64,000 bases of DNA from IMG/VR virus record IMGVR_UViG_3300033121_001133, positions 73,380 through 137,379 of that record. One strand, written 5' to 3'. Positions 28,512 through 38,115 of the stretch are shown here, piece by piece. The notes below the pieces were generated by a model that saw nothing but the letters and a program-made list of their open reading frames with translations, was not told the DNA's origin and searched no databases. Positions within the stretch are counted from its first letter, which is position 1; each line of letters begins with the position of its first letter. Made by a program: the position numbers and the translations under genes. Origin of the DNA: a virus. Its lineage: Duplodnaviria; Caudoviricetes.

Positions 28512-29345
28512 ATGAGTCTACTAAGCCTATTAGATGAGAAGCTAGGTCCTCCGCTGCGGAAGAAGGTGGGGGATTATCTGATGGCCAACGACGAAGACCT
28601 TGCTAGGCTACAAGGACTAAACCCAGACAAGCTACCTGAGAAGGATACCCCCTGGGAGCGAGCTTTATACAAGCTGCTACGATCGTGGACTAGTGCGTCC
28701 ACAGATGGCCACGCCCACAATCTCGACAAACTTCGTAGTGACCTGCAACAGCTCAAGTCAGAGTTTCCTGACTTAATGAAGCCGCAAGGCTCACAGCCGG
28801 TATACAGGCTAGCACACATACACACCAAGTCCGTAAAGAAGACCCTCTCAAGTAAGAAGGTGTCTAAACAAGTTCAACTAGCCGGTCAGAGTTGGCTTTC
28901 AGTAGGAATGTATAATTACAAGCCTCATCGCCCAGTGCAGTCGTGGACCATAAACCCACGAGTGTTACAAAATTTTATCAACGTAGATGTGCGTGATGCA
29001 ATTAGGGTGGTTTATATTGGTAAGCCAACTTCGGAGTTTATCTTCAACCCAAACACCATAGATGTCCTGAGCCAGAACCCAGGAGAATACGAGACGTTGA
29101 GGTTTGCAGGTGAGGGAAAGTTTCAAGCTCTGCTGAACAGTGAAGATTTGATCGATCTTAAGCTTTTACACCATCTTCCTCAATTTAAGAAGCGTTTTGA
29201 TGAGCAGTATCTTAGAGTTAGAGATTATACAGATGCCTGGGAAAACCCCAAGATACGCTCTTGGGATGGTGTTGATTTTGATGATGAGTTTGCGGAGAGC
29301 TTATACCGAGACACCGCCAAACAAGCCCTTCGGAGCTTGAAGTAG
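28512..29345 (+). CDS. Putative ADP-ribosyltransferase (R-S-E type), candidate internal head protein
   Basis: PVYR...QSWT...GEYETL motif order; MSLLSLLDE N-terminus. Confidence 0.45.
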   Translation: MSLLSLLDEKLGPPLRKKVGDYLMANDEDLARLQGLNPDKLPEKDTPWERALYKLLRSWTSASTDGHAHNLDKLRSDLQQLKSEFPDLMKPQGSQPVYRLAHIHTKSVKKTLSSKKVSKQVQLAGQSWLSVGMYNYKPHRPVQSWTINPRVLQNFINVDVRDAIRVVYIGKPTSEFIFNPNTIDVLSQNPGEYETLRFAGEGKFQALLNSEDLIDLKLLHHLPQFKKRFDEQYLRVRDYTDAWENPKIRSWDGVDFDDEFAESLYRDTAKQALRSLK

Positions 29346-29376
29346 TTGGATTGCTAGCAAATAAGGAGTATATTTT
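29345..29376 (+). promoter_or_regulatory. Putative promoter (GTTG-N20-TATATTTT)
   Basis: Recurrent motif before groES. Confidence 0.6.
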
Positions 29377-29399
29377 AACAATTAACAAGTTATACGGTT

Positions 29400-29738
29400 A
29401 TGAAAAACCAATTAGATGCCAAGCCCCGCGCAAATAAGGGAACAGCTTTGTTTGAGCCAGTCTCCGATAAGCTGATATGTGAGTCTGTCGATCAGGAAGA
29501 TATGAGCTCCGGAGGAATTGCACTGGCCGATGTTAGCGAACAGCGAACTCTGAGAGGTAGAGTGCTGTTTGCAGGGCCCGGATTTTGGGCCGCTCCTGAA
29601 ATGTTCGTTCCCACCACTCTTAAGCCTGGTGATCAGATCTTGTATCAGAGGTTTGCTGCGCAGACCTTTGAGCACGACGGTAAAGAGTATCAGATTGTGC
29701 AGGAACGTGATGTGATAACTAAAATCAACCCCCAATAA
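29400..29738 (+). CDS. groES: Co-chaperonin GroES
   Basis: PVSDKL, SSGGIAL, G.V...GPG, LKPGDQILY, DGKEY.IVQERDVI. Confidence 0.92.
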   Translation: MKNQLDAKPRANKGTALFEPVSDKLICESVDQEDMSSGGIALADVSEQRTLRGRVLFAGPGFWAAPEMFVPTTLKPGDQILYQRFAAQTFEHDGKEYQIVQERDVITKINPQ

Positions 29739-29741
29739 GTT

Positions 29742-31385
29742 ATGAAGACGAGACCTAAGCTGTTAAAGTATAGTGATGAGGCTAGAGAGAAGATACGCAC
29801 CGGCGTTGAAAAGCTTTCAGAGGCAGTTCAAGCTACTCTGGGACCTTGCGGTCGTAACGTGTTGATTGAGAAGGAGGGTAGTGGTCCTGTGATTACTAAG
29901 GATGGTGTGTCAGTTGCTAGAGAGGTGCATTTGAGTGATCCGGTGGAGAACCTAGGAGCTCAGGCGATTAAAGAAGTTTCGATGAGGGCTTCTAGGCAAG
30001 CCGGCGACGGCACAACAACAGCCACAGTACTCGGTGCTCAAATGTACAAAGGAGGTCTTCGAGCTTTAGGGTCCGGAGCCAATCCAGTTGAAGTCAAGAG
30101 AGGAATGGACCTTGCAACAGGTAAGGTGATCGATCAACTTCGCACCCTAAGTCAGGAAGTGAAGACCAACGATGAGATTAGGCAAGTAGCCACCATCAGC
30201 GCCAACAACGACCAGAGTGTTGGAGGAATAATCGCGGAAGCAATGAAGGAGGTGGGTAAGGATGGGGTGATTCAAGTGGATCAGAGTAGGACTTCGGAGA
30301 CTACCCTAGAGATTGTAGAGGGAATGCAGATCGAAAGAGGTTACATTTCACCTTACTTTGTGACCAACAACTCCTCAATGACCGCCACTCTGGAGAACCC
30401 CTACATCCTAATCTGCGATAAGAGGATATCAAGCACCAAGGAAATACTCGGTCTGCTGGAGACTTGTAGTAAGGAGGGGAGAGCCCTTTTGATTATTGCC
30501 GAGGACGTTGATGGAGAGGCTCTTGCTACGATTGTGCTGAACAAAGCGCGTGGAATCCTAAACGTGTGTGCGATCAAAGCTCCTGGATACGGCGACAAGA
30601 AGGCTCACATGCTGCAGGATGTGGCTACTCTGACCAAAGCAGAGGTGGTTTCTACCCAGAAGGGTATGAGGCTAGATAAGCTAACCAAGGAGATGCTAGG
30701 TAACGCGCGCAGCGTGCTGGTGTCTCAAACTGAGACGGTAATCGTAGATGGCGCTGGTAATGTTGACACAATCAAAGAGCGAATTGAGCTAATCAAGACC
30801 CAATACGAAAAGGCTGATAGCGACTATGAGAAGCAGAGCCTGAAGGAGCGTATGAGCAAGTTGATTGGTGGAGTTGCTGTACTGAACGTTGGAGCAGCCA
30901 CCGAGCTTGAGTTGAAGGAGAAGAAGGACCGCGTGGACGACGCGCTACACGCGACTCGTGCGGCTGTGGAAGAGGGCATCGTGCCTGGTGGTGGCATCGC
31001 TCTATTGGTAGCTGCGAGGGTACTAGCAGATCTCAAAGGTGAGAATGATGATCAGAACCTAGGTATCCAGATTGTACGCAATGCTTGTGCCGCTCCATTC
31101 AAGGCAATAATCCAGAATTCAGGCAAGAGCCCAGAAGCTATACTAGATAAGGTGATTGTTGCTGTGGTTGAAGCTGGAAATAAAGAAGGTCGTATCGGAT
31201 ATGACGCACGTAATGGTGTTGTGTGTGATATGATCGACGCTGGGATCATTGATCCAACTAAAGTGACCCGTACCGCACTAGAGCTAGCTAACTCTGTGGC
31301 GGGAACCCTACTAACCACTGAGTGTGTGATTAGCTTTGATCCAGACTTCAAAGAAGACGTCAAACAACCTCAATTTGAGTACTAA
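29742..31385 (+). CDS. groEL: Chaperonin GroEL
   Basis: [64 protein letters not shown]. Confidence 0.97.
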   Translation: MKTRPKLLKYSDEAREKIRTGVEKLSEAVQATLGPCGRNVLIEKEGSGPVITKDGVSVAREVHLSDPVENLGAQAIKEVSMRASRQAGDGTTTATVLGAQMYKGGLRALGSGANPVEVKRGMDLATGKVIDQLRTLSQEVKTNDEIRQVATISANNDQSVGGIIAEAMKEVGKDGVIQVDQSRTSETTLEIVEGMQIERGYISPYFVTNNSSMTATLENPYILICDKRISSTKEILGLLETCSKEGRALLIIAEDVDGEALATIVLNKARGILNVCAIKAPGYGDKKAHMLQDVATLTKAEVVSTQKGMRLDKLTKEMLGNARSVLVSQTETVIVDGAGNVDTIKERIELIKTQYEKADSDYEKQSLKERMSKLIGGVAVLNVGAATELELKEKKDRVDDALHATRAAVEEGIVPGGGIALLVAARVLADLKGENDDQNLGIQIVRNACAAPFKAIIQNSGKSPEAILDKVIVAVVEAGNKEGRIGYDARNGVVCDMIDAGIIDPTKVTRTALELANSVAGTLLTTECVISFDPDFKEDVKQPQFEY

Positions 31386-31387
31386 GC

Positions 31388-31603
31388 ATGCAACCACAAA
31401 CTAGACAGAAACCGGACTTCAGCCAGGCGTTAGATTATACCTGCGAACAATGTGGTAATAAAGCATTTGTAGCACAGTACTTGATTAAGAAGTTCTCAGC
31501 ACTCCTCTCCCCAACGGGGGAGGAAGCGCTAGTTCCAATACAGGTGTTTTCGTGCGCTAAATGTGGCCACATAAATAGTGATTTTGTGCCTGATAGCGAG
31601 TAA
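31388..31603 (+). CDS. Small zinc-ribbon protein
   Basis: CEQC...CAKCGH. Confidence 0.6.
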   Translation: MQPQTRQKPDFSQALDYTCEQCGNKAFVAQYLIKKFSALLSPTGEEALVPIQVFSCAKCGHINSDFVPDSE

Positions 31604-31710
31604 ATCTCGACAATGTGATCTTTTCATGCTAATGTTTGGGTGGGTGGTGGATGAGAGGGTAGTGGTAAATACTATCTTTGGCAGAGTATTAACTACTTAT
31701 ACCAAAGACG

Positions 31711-32427
31711 GTGTTAATGGTGATATATAAGACAACAAACACCCTAAATGGAAAGTTCTACGTGGGTAAGGATGTACGTAATAGACCCTCCTACTTAGGA
31801 AGTGGATCAGTACTTAAGAAAGCGATAGCCAAGTATGGTAAGAGCGTATTCAAGAAGGAGATCTTAGAGTACTGTAGCAGCTTAGAGCAGCTAAATGAGC
31901 GTGAGAAGTACTGGATTGAATGCACTAAAGCTCTTGAGTTGGGATATAACATTGCACATGGAGGGACTGGCGGAAATACCGGTGGAGGTGGGGGTGCACC
32001 AAAGGGTAGCATTCCATGGAATAAAGGGTTATGTTTACCTCCAAGCTGGAATAAGAACACTAAGGGTGTTATGAAAGCAAACAAGGGAACTTTTCAAGCC
32101 GGATCGAGTCACAAGCTCTATGGTAGAAAGCAGACTCAAGAGACAATCCAGAAAAGAAAGCGCACCCGTTTAGCTAACGGCAACGGCTATCGAGCGCCCG
32201 ACACCGGTCCATTTGCCCGAAAGCCCCTTCTAGCGGTTATGGTTGGTGGTTTGATCTTGGAGTTTTGCTCCCTGCGTGAGGCGTGTGCACACTTTCAGCT
32301 CAAATACAATACAGTGCGCCATGCAGTCGCTGTGAATGGCAAGGGCCAACGAGAGTTGATAACAAAAACCGCTAACGGTGCTATTAAGTTTATACCTAAA
32401 CATGAGCGAGCGGACAGTCTCCTATAG
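31711..32427 (+). CDS. Free-standing GIY-YIG homing endonuclease
   Basis: VIYKTTN..NGKFYVG, YLGSG, EKYWI, GYN; NUMOD-like PWNKG repeats; upstream TACTTATA at 31694-31701. Confidence 0.85.
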   Translation: MLMVIYKTTNTLNGKFYVGKDVRNRPSYLGSGSVLKKAIAKYGKSVFKKEILEYCSSLEQLNEREKYWIECTKALELGYNIAHGGTGGNTGGGGGAPKGSIPWNKGLCLPPSWNKNTKGVMKANKGTFQAGSSHKLYGRKQTQETIQKRKRTRLANGNGYRAPDTGPFARKPLLAVMVGGLILEFCSLREACAHFQLKYNTVRHAVAVNGKGQRELITKTANGAIKFIPKHERADSLL

Positions 32428-33280
32428 TCAATTTTCGATCTATCTGAAGTGCCCCAGTAAATGGAAGAGGGATTATGTAGACGGGCTTAGACAGTATGAG
32501 AGCACAATCCACACACTCTTCGGAACATGTCTACATACTACTCTCCAACACTACCTTAGGGTAATGTATGAGGATAGTGTCAAGGCTGCAGATGCTATTG
32601 ATTTAGTGGCTCATTTGCAGGCTGAGATGGTAGCAACCTATAAAGCTAGTGTTGATAAGACTGGTCAGCACTTCTCAACTCCACAAGAGCTTCAAGAGTT
32701 TCTTGAAGATGGTATTGCCATTCTAAACTATATCAAACGACATAGGGGGGTGTTCTTTGCACATAAGCAGCACAAGTTGATTGGCATTGAGATTCCCCTT
32801 AAGGTTGTTATCAATCAGAACATTGGATTCAACGGGTATATTGATCTAGTGATCTTAGATGAGAGAACCGGTAGGATTAAGATATGGGACATCAAGACCT
32901 CTACGGCGGGTTGGAATAAGTACCAGAAGAAGGATCCAGCTAAGACAGCGCAGCTGGTCTTGTACAAGCACTTCTACGCTGAGCAGTTTGGGGTAGATCC
33001 TGAGATGATCGATGTAGAGTATTTCATTGTCAGGAGAAGAATCAACCATGATGCGGAATTTGTGCCTAAAAGGGTACAAACCTTCGCTCCCGCTAGTGGT
33101 AAGGTAACCAGAGGAAAGATCACCAAGCTATTGAATGAGTTTATAGAGAGTGCATTTACAGCGGACGGTGAGTATAACACCAACATCAACTATCCTGCAA
33201 TTCAGAGCAGCTTGTGTGGGTATTGTCCCTATAACAAGCCTGAGATCTGCCCTAAGAGGGAGAGGCTATTGTCGAAATGA
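32402..33280 (+). CDS. PD-(D/E)xK exonuclease (RecB/Cas4-like)
   Basis: SYSQ...CP, FGT..H, GYIDLV, IWDIKTS, QL.LY, C-terminal C.YCPY...C. Confidence 0.85.
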   Translation: MSERTVSYSQFSIYLKCPSKWKRDYVDGLRQYESTIHTLFGTCLHTTLQHYLRVMYEDSVKAADAIDLVAHLQAEMVATYKASVDKTGQHFSTPQELQEFLEDGIAILNYIKRHRGVFFAHKQHKLIGIEIPLKVVINQNIGFNGYIDLVILDERTGRIKIWDIKTSTAGWNKYQKKDPAKTAQLVLYKHFYAEQFGVDPEMIDVEYFIVRRRINHDAEFVPKRVQTFAPASGKVTRGKITKLLNEFIESAFTADGEYNTNINYPAIQSSLCGYCPYNKPEICPKRERLLSK

Positions 33281-33798
33281 ACGTTCAACAGCGTCAACAA
33301 CTATCTACCAAGGCAATTAACAGCCTGGACCCACGACTAATACCATCTGCCTTCAGGGTGATGGACTTATGTCGGCAGGAGAAGATCCCAATAGTCATAG
33401 TTTGGGGTAGGAGAACAGTGCTAGAGCAGAATCTGCTGTTTAGGCACGGCCGAACCATACCAGGCAGGATCTTAACCAACCATCGTGGAGGATTTAGTGC
33501 TCACAACTACGGATTAGCATTAGACTTCTGCCTCTGCAAGCAGGGGCAGTTGATTGGCTGGGAAGACGTGTTTTCTATCAGCCGATGGCACGCTCAGTGG
33601 ATGAAGGTGGTCCGGTGGTTTGAAGCTGAGGGGTGGACTTCAAAGTGGAGAGGTTTTAATTTTGAACCAGGACACGTGGAGAATTTATTCGGTCAAACTA
33701 TTGGAGAGCTTTATGGACAGAGAAGACAAGCTGAGGATCGGAATAACTGGGACTCGTACATGGGAGAACCGCACCAAGATCAAGACATTTATCTTTAA
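33277..33798 (+). CDS. M15 family peptidase (L-Ala-D-Glu endopeptidase-like lysin)
   Basis: R...EQ..LF..GRT.PG.ILT, SAHNYGLALD, E.GHVE. Confidence 0.8.
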   Translation: MNVQQRQQLSTKAINSLDPRLIPSAFRVMDLCRQEKIPIVIVWGRRTVLEQNLLFRHGRTIPGRILTNHRGGFSAHNYGLALDFCLCKQGQLIGWEDVFSISRWHAQWMKVVRWFEAEGWTSKWRGFNFEPGHVENLFGQTIGELYGQRRQAEDRNNWDSYMGEPHQDQDIYL

Positions 33799-34132
33799 GC
33801 TCAAGGAGCATACCACTAGGCCAATAGTGATTGTCAGCTTGGGGGAAAAGAATGGTGCTGATCGCTACGCCAAGAAGTACGCTTTGGAGTTGGGTTATGG
33901 GTATGAGGAAGTGAATGCACCCCACACACCTCGCAATCTATACAGCGTCATGTCTGAGTCCTTTCACGATAAGCCATACAGCCCTAAAAACTTCTACCTG
34001 CGCAATAAGGTGTTTGCTAGTATAGTGGAGAGCTGCGTGGTGTTTGATGATAAAGTGGGGACTGACTCCAACCTGAGTAGGATAATTACTCAATTGAACC
34101 GAGCCCATAAGAAAGTGGTTACCATCAACTAG
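33713..34132 (+). CDS. SLOG/DprA-like (DUF2493-type) protein
   Basis: IGITGTR.W, IVS.G...GADRYAK.YA, RN.. Confidence 0.6.
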   Translation: MDREDKLRIGITGTRTWENRTKIKTFIFKLKEHTTRPIVIVSLGEKNGADRYAKKYALELGYGYEEVNAPHTPRNLYSVMSESFHDKPYSPKNFYLRNKVFASIVESCVVFDDKVGTDSNLSRIITQLNRAHKKVVTIN

Positions 34133-34147
34133 ATATATTTATCTGAG

Positions 34148-34549
34148 ATGGACCATAGTCAGCTTAAAAGATGCATAGCCGAGCTCACCAAGTACATGGG
34201 TGAGAAGGGGGTAATCATAGACCCCCTGCCTCGATTGGTACTGAAAGCTGACCCACAGCTGACCAATCAGATACTCTGTCCTACAGCTCATTACAGTCCC
34301 GTTAATCAGTCCATTACCTTGCATACTGCAGGAAGGCATCCGAAGGACATTCTTCGCAGCTATGCTCACGAGCTATATCACCACCACCAAAACTGCGAAG
34401 GTCGAATGCCTAAAGAAGCCTTAGAAGGCGCTGACAATCCAAAATATGCCCAGAGTAGTAAAACACTTCGTGATCTTGAGGCTGAGGCCTATATGAAGGG
34501 CAATCTGCTCTTTCGTGACTGGACGGACCTAAAAACAAAAGGAGCATGA
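34148..34549 (+). CDS. Putative zinc metallopeptidase (HExxH)
   Basis: DILRSYAHELYHHHQ...E.EAY; upstream TATTTATC at 34136-34143. Confidence 0.6.
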   Translation: MDHSQLKRCIAELTKYMGEKGVIIDPLPRLVLKADPQLTNQILCPTAHYSPVNQSITLHTAGRHPKDILRSYAHELYHHHQNCEGRMPKEALEGADNPKYAQSSKTLRDLEAEAYMKGNLLFRDWTDLKTKGA

Positions 34550-35163
34550 TAGCAGAGAAGCGTTGTAGTGGTTGTAAGGAAACCAAGCCAGCTGAGTTTT
34601 TTGCTAGGAACAGATCCTACAAGGATGGTTTGCATTACAACTGTCGAGAGTGCCACAAGATCTATTACAGGAAGACAAGGGACTATCAAATAGACTACGT
34701 GAAGAGGTGGGGAAGGGACAATAGAGAGAGGGTGCGGAGGCGAAATAAGGCTTATTGGCAAGAGAATAAGACACGCTTAATGCAGGAGAATCTAAAGTAC
34801 ACTAGTAGAAGGAGATCTGAGGATCACGTATTTGCTACCGTACATAATCTACGCAGTAGACTAAGCGCCACCCTTACACAAAAGCGCTTCTCGAAGGCTA
34901 GCACTTTCCCAACACTATTGGGATGTACTCCCACACAACTCAAAGAGCACCTGGAGGCTCAATTTGAGCCGTGGATGTCCTGGGACAATAGAGGTAAATA
35001 CAATGGTCTACCTCAGGTAGGATGGGATGTTGACCATATCATACCCCTATCCTCAGCTCAGTCAGTTAAAGAATTGGAACTGTTGGTACACTACACTAAC
35101 TTGAGACCTTTGTGCAGTTATGTTAACAGAGACTTGAAAAAAGCAAAACACCAGTGGAAATGA
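34546..35163 (+). CDS. HNH endonuclease (homing-type)
   Basis: N-terminal CxxC...CREC; WMSWDN, VDHIIPL, HYTNLRPL...N. Confidence 0.8.
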   Translation: MIAEKRCSGCKETKPAEFFARNRSYKDGLHYNCRECHKIYYRKTRDYQIDYVKRWGRDNRERVRRRNKAYWQENKTRLMQENLKYTSRRRSEDHVFATVHNLRSRLSATLTQKRFSKASTFPTLLGCTPTQLKEHLEAQFEPWMSWDNRGKYNGLPQVGWDVDHIIPLSSAQSVKELELLVHYTNLRPLCSYVNRDLKKAKHQWK

Positions 35164-35609
35164 AGCTTCGCAACATTGCTAGTACTATTCTGGAGCAGGT
35201 CCAGGGTGACTTCGCCGTATCGGGTTGGTTTGAGGTTGAGGGTTTATGGTGGACTGATAGGAAAGGTGGTGAGTGGGGCACGGAGCCTCAATCCCCCACA
35301 GACGATTGGAAAATTATCACCTTCCCAACTAAGCAGGAGGCTGAAAGGTTCGGACGGGCAGTGGTTAAGGTTCCCGCAACCTATAATACAAGCAAGGGAG
35401 TGGCTGGCTCAGATGGTAAGGCGTTAGGTCAATGGAAGGGTAAAGTCCAAGTCAGACCTACAGGATTTGCTGACGGAGCTCCCGATCAAATTGATGTGCA
35501 TCAGATCAGCGATATCTATGGTGCACATAGAGTGGATAAGTTGAGTCGTCCAGCCAACGCTAGCGATTATGCTGCGGTTAATCTAACCCCACCAAGTACC
35601 AGTAACTAG
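35154..35609 (+). CDS. Hypothetical protein, candidate internal head protein
   Basis: MKLRNIASTILEQ N-terminus; actual start may be the ATG at 35160. Confidence 0.45.
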   Translation: MEMKLRNIASTILEQVQGDFAVSGWFEVEGLWWTDRKGGEWGTEPQSPTDDWKIITFPTKQEAERFGRAVVKVPATYNTSKGVAGSDGKALGQWKGKVQVRPTGFADGAPDQIDVHQISDIYGAHRVDKLSRPANASDYAAVNLTPPSTSN

Positions 35610-35614
35610 ACTGT

Positions 35615-35836
35615 ATGATTATGAGTTTATTTAGTCGCGTCTCTCAGAAATTGCTTGAGCAGCATACCCAGAATCTGGCATGGGAAATGTTAGGTCACCT
35701 AAATGATCCCACCTTCACTAAGCAATTTGAGCAGTTGGTTGAAGCTCTACCAGAGAGTGAAGGTAAGGCTCTTAGAGACTTATATGATCAGCTACACGCA
35801 GGCTTGAAGCGCTATGAGGTGGGAGATGCTCCTTGA
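35615..35836 (+). CDS. Hypothetical protein, candidate internal head protein
   Basis: MSLFSRVSQKLLEQ N-terminus. Confidence 0.45.
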   Translation: MIMSLFSRVSQKLLEQHTQNLAWEMLGHLNDPTFTKQFEQLVEALPESEGKALRDLYDQLHAGLKRYEVGDAP

Positions 35837-35852
35837 AAATAGCATAATTACC

Positions 35853-35884
35853 GTTGTGATTCAACCCACAAGTTAGTATAGTTA
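35853..35884 (+). promoter_or_regulatory. Putative promoter (GTTG-N20-TATAGTTA) at the head of the glycosylation island
   Basis: Recurrent motif in the intergenic region before 35902. Confidence 0.6.
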
Positions 35885-35901
35885 CATAGAATAGCACAAA
35901 C

Positions 35902-37383
35902 ATGATAGGTTACATTCCCAAACAGGAGAGAAAGACTCTTCTATTTCTTGCTGATGACTGCCGACTGCCTTCAGGAATTGGCACAATGACTAGAGAGCTA
36001 ATTGTAGGCAATGCTCATATCTTCAACTTTGTGCACGTAGGTGCTGCAATCAATCACCCAGACGTGGGTAAGATACTAGACCTATCCCAAGAGATTAACA
36101 AGGAGGTAGGTATCGATGACGCTAGTGTGTTGATCTACCCCTATAATGGGTATGGAGATCCGGATCTAATTAGAACTCTTATGTCTAGGCATAAGATCGA
36201 TGGGATTGTTCACTTCACAGATCCTCGATATTGGATCTGGTTGTATCAAATGTCAGCAGAGCTCAGACAGGAGGTTCCCATATTCTACTACCACATCTGG
36301 GACGATGCACCCGCTCCACATTACAACAAGCCTTTCTATCAGAGTTGCGATCTGCTGATGGGCATCAGTAAACAGTCTGATAATCTAGCTAAGCTAGTGT
36401 TAGGGGAGGGTCAGTATATTGAGTTGACCCCAGATACCCCTTCGGAGAAGGTGGCAGAGCCTCTACCTAAGGTATGCTATGTGCCTCACGGCATCAACAC
36501 CAAGTACATCTACCCCGTTCCTAGGGACCATCAATCGGTACGAGAGATTCGCAAGCAGCTGTTTGGTGCCGATGATCCAGAGTTTGTCCTACTGTACAAT
36601 AACAGGAACATCCGCAGGAAGATGACTTCCGACGTAGTATTAGCTTTCAGTCAATTCCACGATCAGCTTCCCCCCGATCAACAACAAGGTGTAAGGCTTG
36701 TACTGCATACTCAGCCTGTGGATGAGAATGGTACCGATTTGATAGCGTTGATTGAAGATCTATTCCCTCATGTGAAGAGTAAGATCGTATTCACAAACGC
36801 TCGATACTCAGCTACGGACTTAAACTGGCTGTATAATGCTTGCGATGTGGTGATTAACATTGGCTCTAATGAGGGGTGGGGATTGTCAAGTACAGAAGCA
36901 ATGCTTGCCGGGGTTCCCGTAATCAATAATGTCACAGGAGGTCTGCAGGATCAACTGAGATTTGAAGATGATAAGGGTAACTGGATAAACTTCAACGCCA
37001 AGTTTACCTCCAACCACTCGGGTCGAGTAAAAGCTCACGGTAAATGGGGCAAGCCCGTATTCCCAGCTGCCGTTAACCTGCAGGGTAGTATTCCAACCCC
37101 GTACATCTTTGATGATCGAGTTAATGTCCTGGATGTGGTTGAGGCGATTCAGTATTGGCATAATATGCCCAGGCAACAGCGAATTGATTGTGGCCTTGAG
37201 GGTAATCGTTGGGCTCACAGTGAGGAGGCAGGTCTAACTGCGGTAGTAATGTGTGATCGATTCGCCAGAGCAATCAACCAAGTGCTGAGGAATTGGGTAC
37301 CACCTCCGCGATTTAAGATGTACAGTGTGGAGGAGGAGCTAAAGAGTATGAGTAACAAACAATCTGGAATCTGCCTAAAATGA
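35902..37383 (+). CDS. GT-B (GT4-like) glycosyltransferase
   Basis: YVPHGI, NNRNIRRK, LYNACDV, EGWGLSSTEAMLAGVPVI. Confidence 0.88.
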   Translation: MIGYIPKQERKTLLFLADDCRLPSGIGTMTRELIVGNAHIFNFVHVGAAINHPDVGKILDLSQEINKEVGIDDASVLIYPYNGYGDPDLIRTLMSRHKIDGIVHFTDPRYWIWLYQMSAELRQEVPIFYYHIWDDAPAPHYNKPFYQSCDLLMGISKQSDNLAKLVLGEGQYIELTPDTPSEKVAEPLPKVCYVPHGINTKYIYPVPRDHQSVREIRKQLFGADDPEFVLLYNNRNIRRKMTSDVVLAFSQFHDQLPPDQQQGVRLVLHTQPVDENGTDLIALIEDLFPHVKSKIVFTNARYSATDLNWLYNACDVVINIGSNEGWGLSSTEAMLAGVPVINNVTGGLQDQLRFEDDKGNWINFNAKFTSNHSGRVKAHGKWGKPVFPAAVNLQGSIPTPYIFDDRVNVLDVVEAIQYWHNMPRQQRIDCGLEGNRWAHSEEAGLTAVVMCDRFARAINQVLRNWVPPPRFKMYSVEEELKSMSNKQSGICLK

Positions 37384-37428
37384 CTGCTTTTGCTTATACA
37401 AGCTCTACCTATAGCAAAGGGAGTCATA

Positions 37429-38115
37429 ATGAAATGTGCTAATTCAGCTTGTGGTAATCAAACCAGGACGAGCATCGCTAGATACTGCTCTCGCTCCTGC
37501 CACATGATAGTTAGAAACGCAGAGGCTAGGACAGGGACGAATAAACCTTGCGCATGCTGCGGTACTCCAATCTATGTGGCGAAGTGGGAATCTCCAAGTA
37601 AAAGATACTGCAGTCGTGAGTGCGTAAGAATCTCCTCATTAGTAGATCGTGTAGAGGTGCTATGCTCATTAGAGGGTTGTTGTAATATAGTTCTAAGAAC
37701 TGAGAGGGAATCCCTTAAAACAGAAAAACACTACTGCTCAAGAACGTGTGCGAGTATAGCAGGTAGGGTTGCAGCTCAGGAGAGAGGTAAAAAGACTGGA
37801 ACTAAGCCTGAACTGGCCTTTGCGCAGTGGTGTGAGAAAAATGACATCCAATATAAAGCTCAGTTTGCTGTTGCATGGCAGAGGGGGTGGAAAAAGTGGT
37901 ATGATTTTTATTTACCTGACTACCATTTGCTAGTTGAAATTGATGGTGTATATTGGCACGGAAAGGGTTTATCTGACAGCGAGCTTAATGAGCAGCAGAA
38001 TAATACTAGGAGAAATGATATCGAAAAGAATAAATTAGCTTGCGAACGTGGATTTAACCTATTACGTATTTGGGAAGATGAAATAGCTAGCTTCGATTTA
38101 CGAAAACTAATATGA
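37429..38115 (+). CDS. Vsr/DUF559-like (EDxHD) endonuclease with Cys-rich repeats
   Basis: Three YCSR.C repeats; TKPE, YDFY, EIDGVYWH, LLRIWE; upstream TGCTTATA at 37391-37398. Confidence 0.8.
   Translation: MKCANSACGNQTRTSIARYCSRSCHMIVRNAEARTGTNKPCACCGTPIYVAKWESPSKRYCSRECVRISSLVDRVEVLCSLEGCCNIVLRTERESLKTEKHYCSRTCASIAGRVAAQERGKKTGTKPELAFAQWCEKNDIQYKAQFAVAWQRGWKKWYDFYLPDYHLLVEIDGVYWHGKGLSDSELNEQQNNTRRNDIEKNKLACERGFNLLRIWEDEIASFDLRKLI

Noticed and set aside
31604-32427. Group I intron around the GIY-YIG gene, or introns/inteins in polA, nrdJ, thyA, recA or dnaB
   Set aside because: Flanking genes are intact and uninterrupted, with normal lengths; no intron core or intein motifs were recognised
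32402-33280. Cas4-like nuclease as a sign of CRISPR-Cas
   Set aside because: No repeat-spacer array or other cas genes seen; solo phage exonucleases of this type are common
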